From a virus (taxonomy: Duplodnaviria; Caudoviricetes), in IMG/VR virus record IMGVR_UViG_3300032236_000207, positions 1 through 62,845 of that record: 62,845 nt of DNA. One strand, written 5' to 3'. Of the stretch, positions 18,932-28,952 are shown piece after piece. A model generated the notes under the pieces. That model saw only the letters and a program-made list of their open reading frames with translations. It was not told the origin of the DNA and made no database searches. A program made the position numbers and the translations under genes. Position 1 is the stretch's first letter. Every line of letters begins with the position of its first letter.

Positions 18932-21273
18932 CTACGCCCATCCGGTCTGACGTCAATACGAGGAGCGCCTAACTGCCACTGTGTGCCGAGGTCTGTGGAA
19001 GAAATCTTAAATGCCATTTGACGACCACGAATCCGCACGTAAACCTGTTGGGTAAATTGCTGAACGTTGTACGTGGTTGTTGACGCATATGACTGAGCGC
19101 TGGTTACCGCTGGGTCGTCTGACTGCCCATAGTTTGCGCCGGGGTTTTGACGAGGACGAACCGTGAAGTAAGCGGCAGGCGCTGCTGAGGTAGAACCGTC
19201 AAAGGTAAGGTCTGGTATGAGACGCCATACAAAACCAAAGTTATGACCATCACCAATATCAAAGTCAGACGATTGAACATAAGAGTTAATGGCAACAGGA
19301 GTGCCAGTCTCGACGTTATCAACACCAACTTCATGATACACAGTTGAGCCGTTTGTGTATGCGTTATTTGAGTTGTACCCAATAGCAACAGTAGGTTCGG
19401 CGCGTAATGGGCTATCCAACCAAGCAGTGCGTGGGCGCACAGTCGTACCATTTAACGTACCGTAGTACCAAGTACGCTCAAGGTGGTTATAGATTACGTA
19501 GCGGTCAATCAAGGTGTTTGGGTTAGCCGCCGTTCCAGTGCTATTACCGCCATCCGCAGTAGTACCAGTCTGAGATGGGTAGAACCACCAAATCTCGTTG
19601 TAACCCTCGTTAGTGCCAGAGTGAATTTGAAACGCTTCGGTCAAGTTAATGTTGCCGTAGATGTACTGACGCAAAGCGCAGGGTAGGGTCTCAACCCGTC
19701 CAGAGTACATGTAGAACTTATCCGCGCCCATCCAGTAGGTGACGTTGTTCACCACAGACATAGCGTTAGGACTGACAATAGAAATGTTGTCGGCGAGTAG
19801 TTGATTACCCCAAACATATGGTGCGCCAAGGTATTGAAGCGCATAAATAGCTGCGTCGGTCAGTACCAAAATCTCTTGACGTGTTTGCAAAGCTGTAACG
19901 ATAGACGAGCCGTGGCTTAGACGTATACCACCCGCCTGATTAGTAATTGATGGTTGCCATGTAGCCAATGTGTTTTGGTCAGACCAACGAATTTGCATCG
20001 GGTCTTGCGCTGTTGTAGCGTATACACCAGTTGGGTCATTACAACCAAATGCAAAAGTAAACCGCGAAGAATCGGATACCAATACAAAGTTAGCAACAGA
20101 CGGGCAGGTTGAATCAGGTGTAAAGCTACCTAATTTTGTAGTTACAGAAGTGCTTGCTTTAATAACCTGTGCTCGGTCGTACACGTTTACGCTTGAGTTG
20201 TTAGCCCAGTAATACATCGCACCGCCGCGTGCATTAAATAGTAAGTCTTCGCCATAGTTAGTCTGGCTCCACAAACGCAACTGAATGCCCACACCTGTAG
20301 TAGCAGGAGAGCCGTAGCCAGTAGCAGTTGATGGATATTGAGACACTTGGTCGCCGTTAGAGTGTGCAGCCGCAGTGCTTTGATAGCCACGGGTAATACC
20401 GTTGAAAGATGGCGAACCGCCGCCAGTAACGCTTGTATATGTAATACCTTCGGTGCCAATCCAAATTGTGCCACTTGCAGCAAAACCAGTAGTAGAAGCT
20501 ACAGCTATGTTGGATGTAGAACTAGCGGAAATGCCAGCAGTCAATGTTGTTATGTAAGACGGACCTGTTGAACCGCCATACCCCCCAGCGCCATATCCAG
20601 TGCCATAGGTAAAGTTTGTGTTGCCAGTAGGAATTTGATAGTAGGCTACCGTAGCGCCGCCACCATTACCAGAGTCACTGCCATTTGCCGCTACAGAAGC
20701 AGTTATGGTGTACGTAGTAATGCTAGGGACAGTTTGTACTTGGTACTCACGATTAAGCACAGAAGCAGTAATGTTCCCGCCAAGAGAAACAGCCCCTGTA
20801 AAAATAACAAAGTCCCCTACCTGCACACCATTACTTGCGTTAGTAACCGTAATGGTTTTAGAACCGTTTGTAGCTGCAAAAGTTACCGACGTCCCTAAAG
20901 TGGTAGAGGTTGTTCGTATAGGCGTGACGTCGTTGTAAGCGCCCCCCAACGAGTTTTGGATATAGACTTTTAAGTTGGTGGCAACAGATAACAGGTTGTA
21001 TCCGGCTAAGTTAATCCAATTCCACATGGATTTAGCCACGCCCCAATATGAACCCGACGGTACAGTAGCAGACGTAGAAGTACCGCCAGAGGCAAACGTG
21101 TTTGTCGGCGCAGTGGAGTAAATAGTTCCACCGTCAACTTGCCATCCACCAATTTTCTCAGGGTAACCAGAACGCCACCGAACTTTGTCGCAGTCATACC
21201 AACCACCTTCGTTAGATAAGGTAGTGCCCTCGCGGTTAACTCCGGGTCTGAACTGTAGTTTCTGTAATGGCAT
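18928..21273 (-). CDS. Tail nozzle/DNA stabilisation protein (P22 gp10/T7 gp12-like)
   Basis: 781 aa beta-rich; MPLQKLQFRPG start, IRWSDQ, EIWWFYP, RIRGRQ..DGRR end. Confidence 0.7.
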   Translation of the reverse strand: MPLQKLQFRPGVNREGTTLSNEGGWYDCDKVRWRSGYPEKIGGWQVDGGTIYSTAPTNTFASGGTSTSATVPSGSYWGVAKSMWNWINLAGYNLLSVATNLKVYIQNSLGGAYNDVTPIRTTSTTLGTSVTFAATNGSKTITVTNASNGVQVGDFVIFTGAVSLGGNITASVLNREYQVQTVPSITTYTITASVAANGSDSGNGGGATVAYYQIPTGNTNFTYGTGYGAGGYGGSTGPSYITTLTAGISASSTSNIAVASTTGFAASGTIWIGTEGITYTSVTGGGSPSFNGITRGYQSTAAAHSNGDQVSQYPSTATGYGSPATTGVGIQLRLWSQTNYGEDLLFNARGGAMYYWANNSSVNVYDRAQVIKASTSVTTKLGSFTPDSTCPSVANFVLVSDSSRFTFAFGCNDPTGVYATTAQDPMQIRWSDQNTLATWQPSITNQAGGIRLSHGSSIVTALQTRQEILVLTDAAIYALQYLGAPYVWGNQLLADNISIVSPNAMSVVNNVTYWMGADKFYMYSGRVETLPCALRQYIYGNINLTEAFQIHSGTNEGYNEIWWFYPSQTGTTADGGNSTGTAANPNTLIDRYVIYNHLERTWYYGTLNGTTVRPRTAWLDSPLRAEPTVAIGYNSNNAYTNGSTVYHEVGVDNVETGTPVAINSYVQSSDFDIGDGHNFGFVWRLIPDLTFDGSTSAAPAAYFTVRPRQNPGANYGQSDDPAVTSAQSYASTTTYNVQQFTQQVYVRIRGRQMAFKISSTDLGTQWQLGAPRIDVRPDGRR

Positions 21274-21284
21274 TTCGCATCCTA

Positions 21285-21962
21285 TTAGGCGTTCATGGCG
21301 GCAAGAACTTTGTCGTATTTTGCCTTGCGCTCGGCATACCCAATTAGACCACCGTTGATCTTTTTAGTCATCCCCTCTAGGTCGCCTTTGTCTGCGTATG
21401 TTGAAAGCGCATTCGAGCGCCAAAACCATCCTGCACTTCTTGCGGCGTAAGTAGGTTCAAGCAACAGATCAGGATTACCCACAAGATCAATACCCAAATC
21501 ACGCCCGCATCTCGCATAGTTATCCTTGCCAGTTAATTGTTTTAGACCTCTACCCCGAAACTTCCAACCCTCACCAGACTCGGCGGGGCCGTTGCCCATA
21601 CGAGCCGAGTAAACCAAATTGGCGATCAACTCAGGCTTACCCGCTATGGCGTTAGCTACAGCCGTGGGGATGTTTTTACCCTTCTCATCCTTTTTAGCGC
21701 GTGTTTTGCCGGGGCGATTAGGGTCGGGTTCCTGCACTGCAAATCTGGGAGGCCAGCATCCTGCCAAAGTTGTTGCTCTGTAGTTGAGGTTTTCTGACAG
21801 CATGGTGTATCCACCAGACTCATGGCTGGTTTGCGCTAAGAAAGCAGCAACACGTTGTGGCGTGTTTATCTCAAACTCAGCACAAGTCTGTGTAACCGCA
21901 TCAATCCATTTGGCGGGGTCTTTAACGCCAGCCACCTCTAGTAAGTGGATGGTTGGTGTCAT
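21285..21962 (-). CDS. Glycoside hydrolase family 19 endolysin
   Basis: AAFLAQTSHESGG, ENLNY, FRGRGLKQLTGKDNY, TKKINGG motifs. Confidence 0.92.
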   Translation of the reverse strand: MTPTIHLLEVAGVKDPAKWIDAVTQTCAEFEINTPQRVAAFLAQTSHESGGYTMLSENLNYRATTLAGCWPPRFAVQEPDPNRPGKTRAKKDEKGKNIPTAVANAIAGKPELIANLVYSARMGNGPAESGEGWKFRGRGLKQLTGKDNYARCGRDLGIDLVGNPDLLLEPTYAARSAGWFWRSNALSTYADKGDLEGMTKKINGGLIGYAERKAKYDKVLAAMNA

Positions 21963-22441
21963 TGCTGTTGTTCCTTTTGCTTTTGGTCAACGGCCTCTTG
22001 GCTCTTATTGCTAGAACCGTAGAAGAAGCGGATCAAACTATTGACGGCAGTACCAATAAGAAAGCCAAGAATAATGTTGATGAAGTCGCGGTTGTGGTTG
22101 TCGATTGGTATGAATGACACCAAGAAGAAATAAAGAAATGAAACAATGGTCAAAAACCAAGCATAGTGCTGGGTAAACGCACGAGTGCCGGGGTCTGCCA
22201 TATACATGTCTGTAGCCCGCTGGGTAGACTTCTCATCCAGTTCAGCCATGAACTCAGAGTGGCGATTGGCTTCTTCTTGGAGTTTGGCGTTGTACTCAGG
22301 AGTGGCTTGGCCTTGGGGTTTTAATTCCATACCGAGTTTGTCTTGAACGGCATCTACGCCCTTCTCAACGACTTGGTCGGCGACCTTGTGCATCCCGTTT
22401 TCAATCAGGTTTGCTACGATTCCTGCGACGATTGGTAACAT
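21959..22441 (-). CDS. Putative holin
   Basis: Two C-terminal TM helices ending FFYGSS; directly upstream of the endolysin. Confidence 0.65.
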   Translation of the reverse strand: MLPIVAGIVANLIENGMHKVADQVVEKGVDAVQDKLGMELKPQGQATPEYNAKLQEEANRHSEFMAELDEKSTQRATDMYMADPGTRAFTQHYAWFLTIVSFLYFFLVSFIPIDNHNRDFINIILGFLIGTAVNSLIRFFYGSSNKSQEAVDQKQKEQQQ

Positions 22442-22605
22442 TACTTTTCCTTTAGTTCCTGTTTCAACTTACGCAGCTCTTTGATTTCTCGCTTGAGCTG
22501 CGCTTTCATATATAGGGTTTCTACGTATGCCATTGATGTAACTCCTACAACAATACATAACGCAACCGAAGTTAAAACCCACCCGACAAGTTTCGCAGTT
22601 GCCAC
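22441..22605 (-). CDS. Small membrane protein (TM plus coiled coil), lysis cluster; not in ORF track
   Basis: GTG start, 54 aa MATAKLVGWVLTSVALCIVVGV...KQELKEK; TAATG overlap with the holin start. Confidence 0.5.
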   Translation of the reverse strand: MATAKLVGWVLTSVALCIVVGVTSMAYVETLYMKAQLKREIKELRKLKQELKEK

Positions 22606-23300
22606 ATTAGCCACCCAAAAAACATTGATATGAACATCACGGCAATCACCCCACTTGTTATTTCAATAAACCTAACCTCTTCCAACTCCCGCCGCTGCCT
22701 TGCCAGCCTAGCCTTGCGGATAGTTTCTGACCTTGCCCACTCTTGCTCTTGCTCAATTTTCTTGTACATCCGCAAAAAGCGTGAGTACAAATCCTTCAAC
22801 TCTGGCGGTGCGTAGACCATAGCTTCCCGCACCTGCTCCAACAGTTTCTCCAACTGCAACTCAATCAGCGCACGCTCAATAGCCTTTTTGCTGGTGTTTT
22901 GGGTTGGGTCGTAGTTGGTCTTTGATGTCTCCTCTAGTTCAAGGTAGTAGTTTGTGATCTGTTGTTGCGTGTCAAAGAGGACACCAATGTTGTCCCCAAT
23001 GTCTTTGATGAGTTTGAGTTCAAGTTCTTCGTAGGACTGCTGTTTGGCTGCGACTTTGGCTTTCGCTTTCGCCACAGGCTTGGGCGCATCGGCTGGCTTG
23101 TCGGCTTTGGCTGATTTACCAACGAATAGACCAATGAACCAATCAAAAATGCCTTTGATTGCCTTGACATCTCCAATGACTTGATCGACTGTCTTCTTAG
23201 CCCCCTCAAGCTCCATGCGGCCTTCATGCAGGAGAGCGCACCCCTGCTTGATAAAGCCAACGGCAGTTTGGGCTGCCATGAGGAGAGTGAAGGGGTCCAC
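22572..23300 (-). CDS. Coiled-coil protein with C-terminal TM helix
   Basis: 242 aa, MDPFTLL start, C-terminal hydrophobic helix. Confidence 0.7.
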   Translation of the reverse strand: MDPFTLLMAAQTAVGFIKQGCALLHEGRMELEGAKKTVDQVIGDVKAIKGIFDWFIGLFVGKSAKADKPADAPKPVAKAKAKVAAKQQSYEELELKLIKDIGDNIGVLFDTQQQITNYYLELEETSKTNYDPTQNTSKKAIERALIELQLEKLLEQVREAMVYAPPELKDLYSRFLRMYKKIEQEQEWARSETIRKARLARQRRELEEVRFIEITSGVIAVMFISMFFGWLMWQLRNLSGGF

Positions 23301-23312
23301 ACGTTGTTAGTC

Positions 23313-23450
23313 CTATTCTTTCACAACAGGCACATCTTGCCACTTACCTGTGTAGCCCGCAACTGAATTTATATACCGCAACTGAAATACTTGCGTACCA
23401 TCAGCTTTGATTAGGACGCGAAACTCAGGTGTTGAATCCGGATAGACCAT
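23313..23450 (-). CDS. Small hypothetical protein
   Basis: GGGGGA RBS before ATG; 45 aa. Confidence 0.5.
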   Translation of the reverse strand: MVYPDSTPEFRVLIKADGTQVFQLRYINSVAGYTGKWQDVPVVKE

Positions 23451-23997
23451 AGTCCCCCCAATTTTCTTTTGGTATATACGCACCAAACATCCACAAAATT
23501 CTTGGTGTGTTGCCCTCAACTTTGGTTACTTTATGTAACAATTCAGATGCAAAATAACAATGTAAGTCTCCAGCTCCAACATCTATTTTATTTCTATGCA
23601 CATAAAGTTCAGCGCCTTTTTCTGGCACTTGAGACAGAATATTACAACGATAAGCAGAGTGTCCTAGTTTGCTTCTTGGGTCATTGTGTTCATACACATC
23701 GCCATCGTTGTAAATAATAGAAACAACAATCCCGTCCGAGCCGTGGTCATCAATTATTGGGTATTTATCTACTCCAGCTTGTTTTCTTACACGGTTAGAT
23801 ATTTCAATAACTTCGGGTGGAAATAATCCACTTTGCCCATTCATTACGGTTCTTGTAGTGATTCTAGATTTTATCCTTGCGCCGCCCGTACTCCACCCAT
23901 CGTCAAACCATCTGTCGACGTTATCTAACGCAACTTTATTTAATAAAGCGCACTCCTCCGCCGAAAGAAAGTTTTTGTGTACTTTTACAAACATCAC
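23425..23997 (-). CDS. 2OG-Fe(II) oxygenase superfamily protein
   Basis: HxD (HND), distal H (LHKVTKV) and R (PRIL) motifs. Confidence 0.8.
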   Translation of the reverse strand: MMFVKVHKNFLSAEECALLNKVALDNVDRWFDDGWSTGGARIKSRITTRTVMNGQSGLFPPEVIEISNRVRKQAGVDKYPIIDDHGSDGIVVSIIYNDGDVYEHNDPRSKLGHSAYRCNILSQVPEKGAELYVHRNKIDVGAGDLHCYFASELLHKVTKVEGNTPRILWMFGAYIPKENWGDYGLSGFNT

Positions 23998-24383
23998 TCA
24001 AGATATTCTTTGGGAGTTGGTTTTATTGAATCTGTACCTTCTTTGACAAATTGATATTCCATACCAGCTTCGGGTATTGCATCGGGATCAATAATGTCTT
24101 CTATACGTTCCCCGTCACGTATTGCATGAATGCAATAACAAACAGTGTCATCTTCAAGTGCTTCTAGTTTGTGTTCAAAACCAGCGCGGATGTAGATGAT
24201 TGTTGGAGCCGTAAATTCGGTTTCTTTACCATTAACCGTAACTTTTACCTTACCTTTACCAAGCAGGGTTTGGTGGTCAAACACATGGGTATGCCCCTCA
24301 TTGACATCGCCAGCTTTGACAAAGTGCATTTGTTTAACCCATGTATTTGCTACAAGGCTAATTTTTGGAATTGGTTGCGACAT
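23994..24383 (-). CDS. Cupin-domain protein
   Basis: GHTHVFDH...G...EHKLEAL cupin motifs. Confidence 0.8.
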   Translation of the reverse strand: MSQPIPKISLVANTWVKQMHFVKAGDVNEGHTHVFDHQTLLGKGKVKVTVNGKETEFTAPTIIYIRAGFEHKLEALEDDTVCYCIHAIRDGERIEDIIDPDAIPEAGMEYQFVKEGTDSIKPTPKEYLE

Positions 24384-24386
24384 ATA

Positions 24387-24632
24387 TTATGGGTTTGGTG
24401 AAACATCAACAACAGGAATTGGCGTTGGGTATGGGTTAACATACTCCGCAATAGGACCATATTCGCCCGCAATACCTTTAGTCCAAATTTCGTTAATATG
24501 AGCATAAGGGTCATTTGCATGGATTCCAGATGGGTGTTCGTCATCAAATTCCACATATTTAACAACACACTCAAATACAGTATGCTCTGGATCAAACCAT
24601 TTAAGATTTTTTACATATTCAATAGTAAACAT
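24387..24632 (-). CDS. Tail fibre assembly-like small protein
   Basis: Follows a short fibre gene; GEYGPIAEY motif. Confidence 0.5.
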   Translation of the reverse strand: MFTIEYVKNLKWFDPEHTVFECVVKYVEFDDEHPSGIHANDPYAHINEIWTKGIAGEYGPIAEYVNPYPTPIPVVDVSPNP

Positions 24633-24643
24633 ATTTTTCCTTT

Positions 24644-25048
24644 TTAAGATATGCGGACCCATAAATTGATATAACAACCATAAACTCCATTTTTAGGAGA
24701 CGCTGGATTATTTTTCATTTGATTCATTGATCGCCATGTACCTGATAAACCCAAACTAAAACCATTGTTAGCGCTACTATTTACATTCGAGATTGCAAGT
24801 GGTCCATAATAAGTTCCACTACCTTGATAAAGACTTGATCCACTTACAGTAGTTCCAGCACCAATTGTAGAACTTCCGCCACCGCCAAGATATGCGCCTA
24901 TTACATAACTTCCAATAGCACCTACACTTGTATTAGTAATTGCACCAGTTTGCCCATTTAAAGACGATACACCACCCGTAGATGCGGCTGTAGATTGCGT
25001 GGTCGAGTCAGAAAAAGTTATGACGGAACCAGATACTGAAATAGTCAT
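24644..25048 (-). CDS. Short tail fibre/tip protein
   Basis: VSSLNGQTG repeat unit, SGTWRSM, LWVRIS C-terminus. Confidence 0.6.
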   Translation of the reverse strand: MTISVSGSVITFSDSTTQSTAASTGGVSSLNGQTGAITNTSVGAIGSYVIGAYLGGGGSSTIGAGTTVSGSSLYQGSGTYYGPLAISNVNSSANNGFSLGLSGTWRSMNQMKNNPASPKNGVYGCYINLWVRIS

Positions 25049-25059
25049 GTTTTACTCCT

Positions 25060-25785
25060 TTAAGGTGTGCCACCGGCACTGACTGCGCCAGATATGATTA
25101 AGTTACCAGATGAATCTAATGATGCCACATTAGTTCCGTTGTAGTTAAAGTACAACTTTGTACCAGATGGAGTTACGTTCCACCCACCTGAGTTAGTGAT
25201 GTTAGTGGCGTTTGTTGCGTTTGTAGCGTTTGTAACCGCCGTGGTGTTAATTACCGCTACTACTTGTGCTGCGGTAGCCGCAGTAAACGAGCTTGTTCCG
25301 TTGCCATAAGCCAGACCTGTAAGAGTAGAAACCCCTGTACCGCCACCGCTTACTGGAAGGGCGCCCGAAATAGCAACAGCATAAGAAGTTGCGTTAACAA
25401 TATCCGTGCCGTTGGAGACTAAAACAACTTTAGTACCGTTAGCAACAGAAATACCAGTCTGTCCCGATACTTTGACTGTGACTTGCCCAGCCGAGGTGTT
25501 GTTATAAATAAAGTACAGTTTCTTATTGGACGGCACGATTAAGTTAGTGCTTGCTCCGCCTGTACCAGTCAACTCAATGAACATGTTACGGGCTGTAGCT
25601 GATGCCCCTTGGGACATTAACAGCGTGGTGTCCGTACCAGTAGAAACCGCTTGGGTTACATAGCCGGAAATGGCTTGCTCAAGGAGCGTGCCAATATTGA
25701 GGTTGTTGGTCGCGCCCCAGTTACCGGCTTGTTCGCCAGTGCCAGTAAGCTCTAAGGCTAGGTTGGTTGAATAGGTACTGCTCAT
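25060..25785 (-). CDS. Tail fibre/structural protein
   Basis: S/T/G-rich; TNATNATNATN repeats. Confidence 0.65.
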   Translation of the reverse strand: MSSTYSTNLALELTGTGEQAGNWGATNNLNIGTLLEQAISGYVTQAVSTGTDTTLLMSQGASATARNMFIELTGTGGASTNLIVPSNKKLYFIYNNTSAGQVTVKVSGQTGISVANGTKVVLVSNGTDIVNATSYAVAISGALPVSGGGTGVSTLTGLAYGNGTSSFTAATAAQVVAVINTTAVTNATNATNATNITNSGGWNVTPSGTKLYFNYNGTNVASLDSSGNLIISGAVSAGGTP

Positions 25786-26168
25786 GTGTTACCTTTTGAA
25801 AGTTGGTCAAGTTTGGCTTCCAACTCCAACACCCGTTTGGACAACTGGATACAGGCCACCAAAGCCGCGCCGCCATAGTTTACAGAAAGTTTGCCGTCTT
25901 CACCAGTAATAACTGCTTGCTCCAACGCATTAAGTAAAGACTGAGCTGAGACACCAACCTCGGTGTTGCCATTTTCAATACGATCAAACACACCGTTTTT
26001 AACTTCCGCCAAACGCTCAACAAAGTCGGGTTTAACGTCACGCCAGTTTGTTTTTGTTCTTTCGTCAGAACTTGCTGAGAAAGAAGTTGCAGAAGCGGCA
26101 CCACTTACGGTCAACGTACCGCCAGATGGGGTAAACGTGTCTGATGCGTGGTTGGTCTGGATAGTCAT
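25782..26168 (-). CDS. Peptidase S74-type intramolecular chaperone-domain protein
   Basis: SDERTKTN, GVSAQ, SVNYG and C-terminal coiled coil. Confidence 0.75.
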   Translation of the reverse strand: MTIQTNHASDTFTPSGGTLTVSGAASATSFSASSDERTKTNWRDVKPDFVERLAEVKNGVFDRIENGNTEVGVSAQSLLNALEQAVITGEDGKLSVNYGGAALVACIQLSKRVLELEAKLDQLSKGNT

Positions 26169-26170
26169 GT

Positions 26171-26440
26171 TTAAACGTCCGTTGCGCCAGCGTAGTCGGT
26201 GTAGGTTTTCAAAACCGCATAGATAGCAGGAATCAAGTCGCCCTTGAGGTCTTCTACACTGATGTAGTGTGCATTCTCTTTGATGGTTTGCATGTTGCCG
26301 TGACGGGCATCTGAATTTGCGTGGATAGCCACTTGGACTTGGATTTGGTCTTTAGTGCCAAAGTAGTTGGTTATACGGGCGTATGCCGTAGATGTAGCTT
26401 GCCCTGTGGTTGGGTTCACTGCGGTTATTTGTAAAGCCAT
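26171..26440 (-). CDS. Hypothetical tail-associated protein
   Basis: GGAG RBS; in tail cluster. Confidence 0.6.
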   Translation of the reverse strand: MALQITAVNPTTGQATSTAYARITNYFGTKDQIQVQVAIHANSDARHGNMQTIKENAHYISVEDLKGDLIPAIYAVLKTYTDYAGATDV

Positions 26441-26450
26441 TTTTAACTCC

Positions 26451-28121
26451 TTAATAAGTCATTTCGGTTGATTCTGCCCTGCAGACCCAACGTATTGTTG
26501 TGGAAGCCTGCCCCGTAACTGTCACTGATAATCCGCCGTTTGTGGTGTCGGCAGATAGTGCGATTGTCCATGCGCTTGCGCCTGAGTCCTGTGCAATTGT
26601 ATTTACTACCGCAGTTCCCACAATAGCCGTTGTTCCTACGCCAGAACCGCGTTTAATAGCACATTCAAATGTCCATGCCTTTGTGTTACCCGCGCCCGTC
26701 ACGCCAGCAATAACAGAACCCCTAATGTAATAAGCAGAATTGTTGGGTAGGATTACTTGGTTTGTACCGCTTGCGGCAGATGAGTTACTTGTTAAAACAG
26801 TAGCAGTTGCGTCTGTTGTTTGTTTGGCAAGAACAAGTAAGCCAGCCTGAGAATATCCTAAAGTACCGCCCAAAGGTGAGAAGCAAGCCGCAAATATTGC
26901 GTTTCCTTCAACACTTCTGTCTGTTCCATATCTACCAGAAACAGTAGACATTGAAGCATTAGCATAGTTATATGTGCCACCAACAACAGTAGATGCAATT
27001 CCGTTTGCTTGATTACCAATACCGCCAGCAATAGTTGAATATGTATTACTAACAGTATTTGCATTTCCACCGCCAATAGTGGAGTAATTGCCTGTTGCTT
27101 GATTTTTATATCCAGCACTTACTGTTGACCAATCCCCACTAGCCACATTCCTGTTAGCCGCAGTACCAGCATCTCCACCACCACCGATAAAAGAATAAGA
27201 ACCCGTGGCTTGGTTGTTTCCTCCTCCTACTACTACTCCGTGAGGTGTGTAGAAAGATAGAGTGTTTGTAGATGAACCACTAGCGTTTTGGGATAGGGTT
27301 AGGGAAGTACCAGAAATTGCGGCAACATAAGTACCACTAGAAATAGAAGTACCTGAAATTAACTGCCCAACTTTTATAGATGCATTAGAACCGCTTAGAG
27401 TTACTGCGGTAGTAGCATTCATTGTTCCTGATTGCGTGGTTACCGCAGAACCAGAAGTTGCAGAATTTCCATACCCACCACCAATTAAGTTATAAAAACC
27501 AGCCGCAGTATTTAAATAACCAGCACCAATAAAAGAAAAATCATTATTTATTATGTTTTGTGTGCCACCACCAATAGATGCGTAAGCACCAGAGACAGTA
27601 CATCCATTGCCACCGCTTACAGAAGAATAAAATCCATTAGTTCTATTGTTTACGCCACCAGCAATTACAGCCCCACCACCACTTGCAACTTGGTTTGCAT
27701 TTCCCCTAGCAGTCTGCCAATCAACAGCATTAGCACCCCTAGCATTACCACCCGTAGCAGTAGAGTCTGTAGGCTGGGCTTGCAGGTTAATTGTTGAACC
27801 AGAGCGGGTTATATAAAGCCCGGTTACGGCTGAATAGTCACAGAATACGTTCTTTGTACCTGCGCCAAAGTTAACCAGCGAACCAGAATTGGACGAAGAA
27901 AGTACCGTATCTCTGGAAAGCGTTGTACCAGATGAGGTGTACGTACCGATACCGACTTCCCAGTTAGTGCCAGATTGGTCAGCAATTGTGTAATACGTTG
28001 TATTGGCGTTGCCAATAGCAGCAAAAGATTGATAGCCAGATACCGCGCCAGCAAGCGTGACTGTGCCAGTACCAGTTGTAGTGGTCGTTTCCTGTACGCG
28101 ATCTGCTAAAACAAGTGCCAT
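26451..28121 (-). CDS. Tail fibre/receptor-binding protein with Gly-Asn beta-roll repeats
   Basis: MALVLADRVQETTTTTGTG N-terminus; repeated SxIGGGxxN units. Confidence 0.75.
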   Translation of the reverse strand: MALVLADRVQETTTTTGTGTVTLAGAVSGYQSFAAIGNANTTYYTIADQSGTNWEVGIGTYTSSGTTLSRDTVLSSSNSGSLVNFGAGTKNVFCDYSAVTGLYITRSGSTINLQAQPTDSTATGGNARGANAVDWQTARGNANQVASGGGAVIAGGVNNRTNGFYSSVSGGNGCTVSGAYASIGGGTQNIINNDFSFIGAGYLNTAAGFYNLIGGGYGNSATSGSAVTTQSGTMNATTAVTLSGSNASIKVGQLISGTSISSGTYVAAISGTSLTLSQNASGSSTNTLSFYTPHGVVVGGGNNQATGSYSFIGGGGDAGTAANRNVASGDWSTVSAGYKNQATGNYSTIGGGNANTVSNTYSTIAGGIGNQANGIASTVVGGTYNYANASMSTVSGRYGTDRSVEGNAIFAACFSPLGGTLGYSQAGLLVLAKQTTDATATVLTSNSSAASGTNQVILPNNSAYYIRGSVIAGVTGAGNTKAWTFECAIKRGSGVGTTAIVGTAVVNTIAQDSGASAWTIALSADTTNGGLSVTVTGQASTTIRWVCRAESTEMTY

Positions 28122-28132
28122 AATTTATTCCT

Positions 28133-28930
28133 TTAGGGCGTCTGGATTGTAGTCCAGTTGGGTGTTTGTGTGGTAGAAATTGAAGCCCAGCTTGGTGTCT
28201 GTACGGTCGGTATTGGATTCCAATACGCGGGGTAAACGCTTCCAACAGAACCCGTGGCGTACACACTGATTAGAGCCGGGCTATTTTTAATTGTCACCGA
28301 GCCCACTGATCCAGTGGCATAGACCCCAGATAAGGTAATCAAACGATCCGCTGAAACTGTACCAACCGCGCCAGTACCTGTAACGCCTGTTTTTAGAACA
28401 CCCGCAGAACCTGTAGCAAAATTACCGGTCAGGGCAGGGGAATTCCTTGGAGATACTGTACCAATTCCAGCAGTAGAAGAAACTCCAGTGAGTGCTTCCG
28501 TCGAGTTGGGGGTATCTGTACCAACAGAACCTGTGGCGCTAACGCCTGTTAAATTGACGTTAACACTAGCAATACTAGTAACCGTACCAACCGCTCCTGT
28601 GGCTGATACTCCAGTCAATCCTTGGGACGCTATAACAGAACCTACAGCTCCAGTAGAAAAAACTCCCGTAAGTGCGACGGATATTGCTTGAGAGCTAGTT
28701 ACATTCCCTACTGCGCCTGTGGCTGTATTACCTGTTATAGCTAAATTTATAGAGGCAGTTGCAGACCCAACTGAACCCGTTGCGGATACCCCAGACAGCG
28801 TTTGACTGCTGTCCCCCATAACCACATTTCCAACTGCCCCGGTCGCGGCATTGCCTGTTAGCCCAACACTAACAACTAACGCCCCCGTATCAGAAAACGG
28901 GGCGCCGCTAAACGGGACAAGACCGAACAT
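28133..28930 (-). CDS. Repetitive virion fibre/structural protein
   Basis: About 10 repeats of LTGVSATGSVG. Confidence 0.7.
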   Translation of the reverse strand: MFGLVPFSGAPFSDTGALVVSVGLTGNAATGAVGNVVMGDSSQTLSGVSATGSVGSATASINLAITGNTATGAVGNVTSSQAISVALTGVFSTGAVGSVIASQGLTGVSATGAVGTVTSIASVNVNLTGVSATGSVGTDTPNSTEALTGVSSTAGIGTVSPRNSPALTGNFATGSAGVLKTGVTGTGAVGTVSADRLITLSGVYATGSVGSVTIKNSPALISVYATGSVGSVYPAYWNPIPTVQTPSWASISTTQTPNWTTIQTP

Positions 28931-28952
28931 TAGCTACCTCCGTAGCTAAGTT

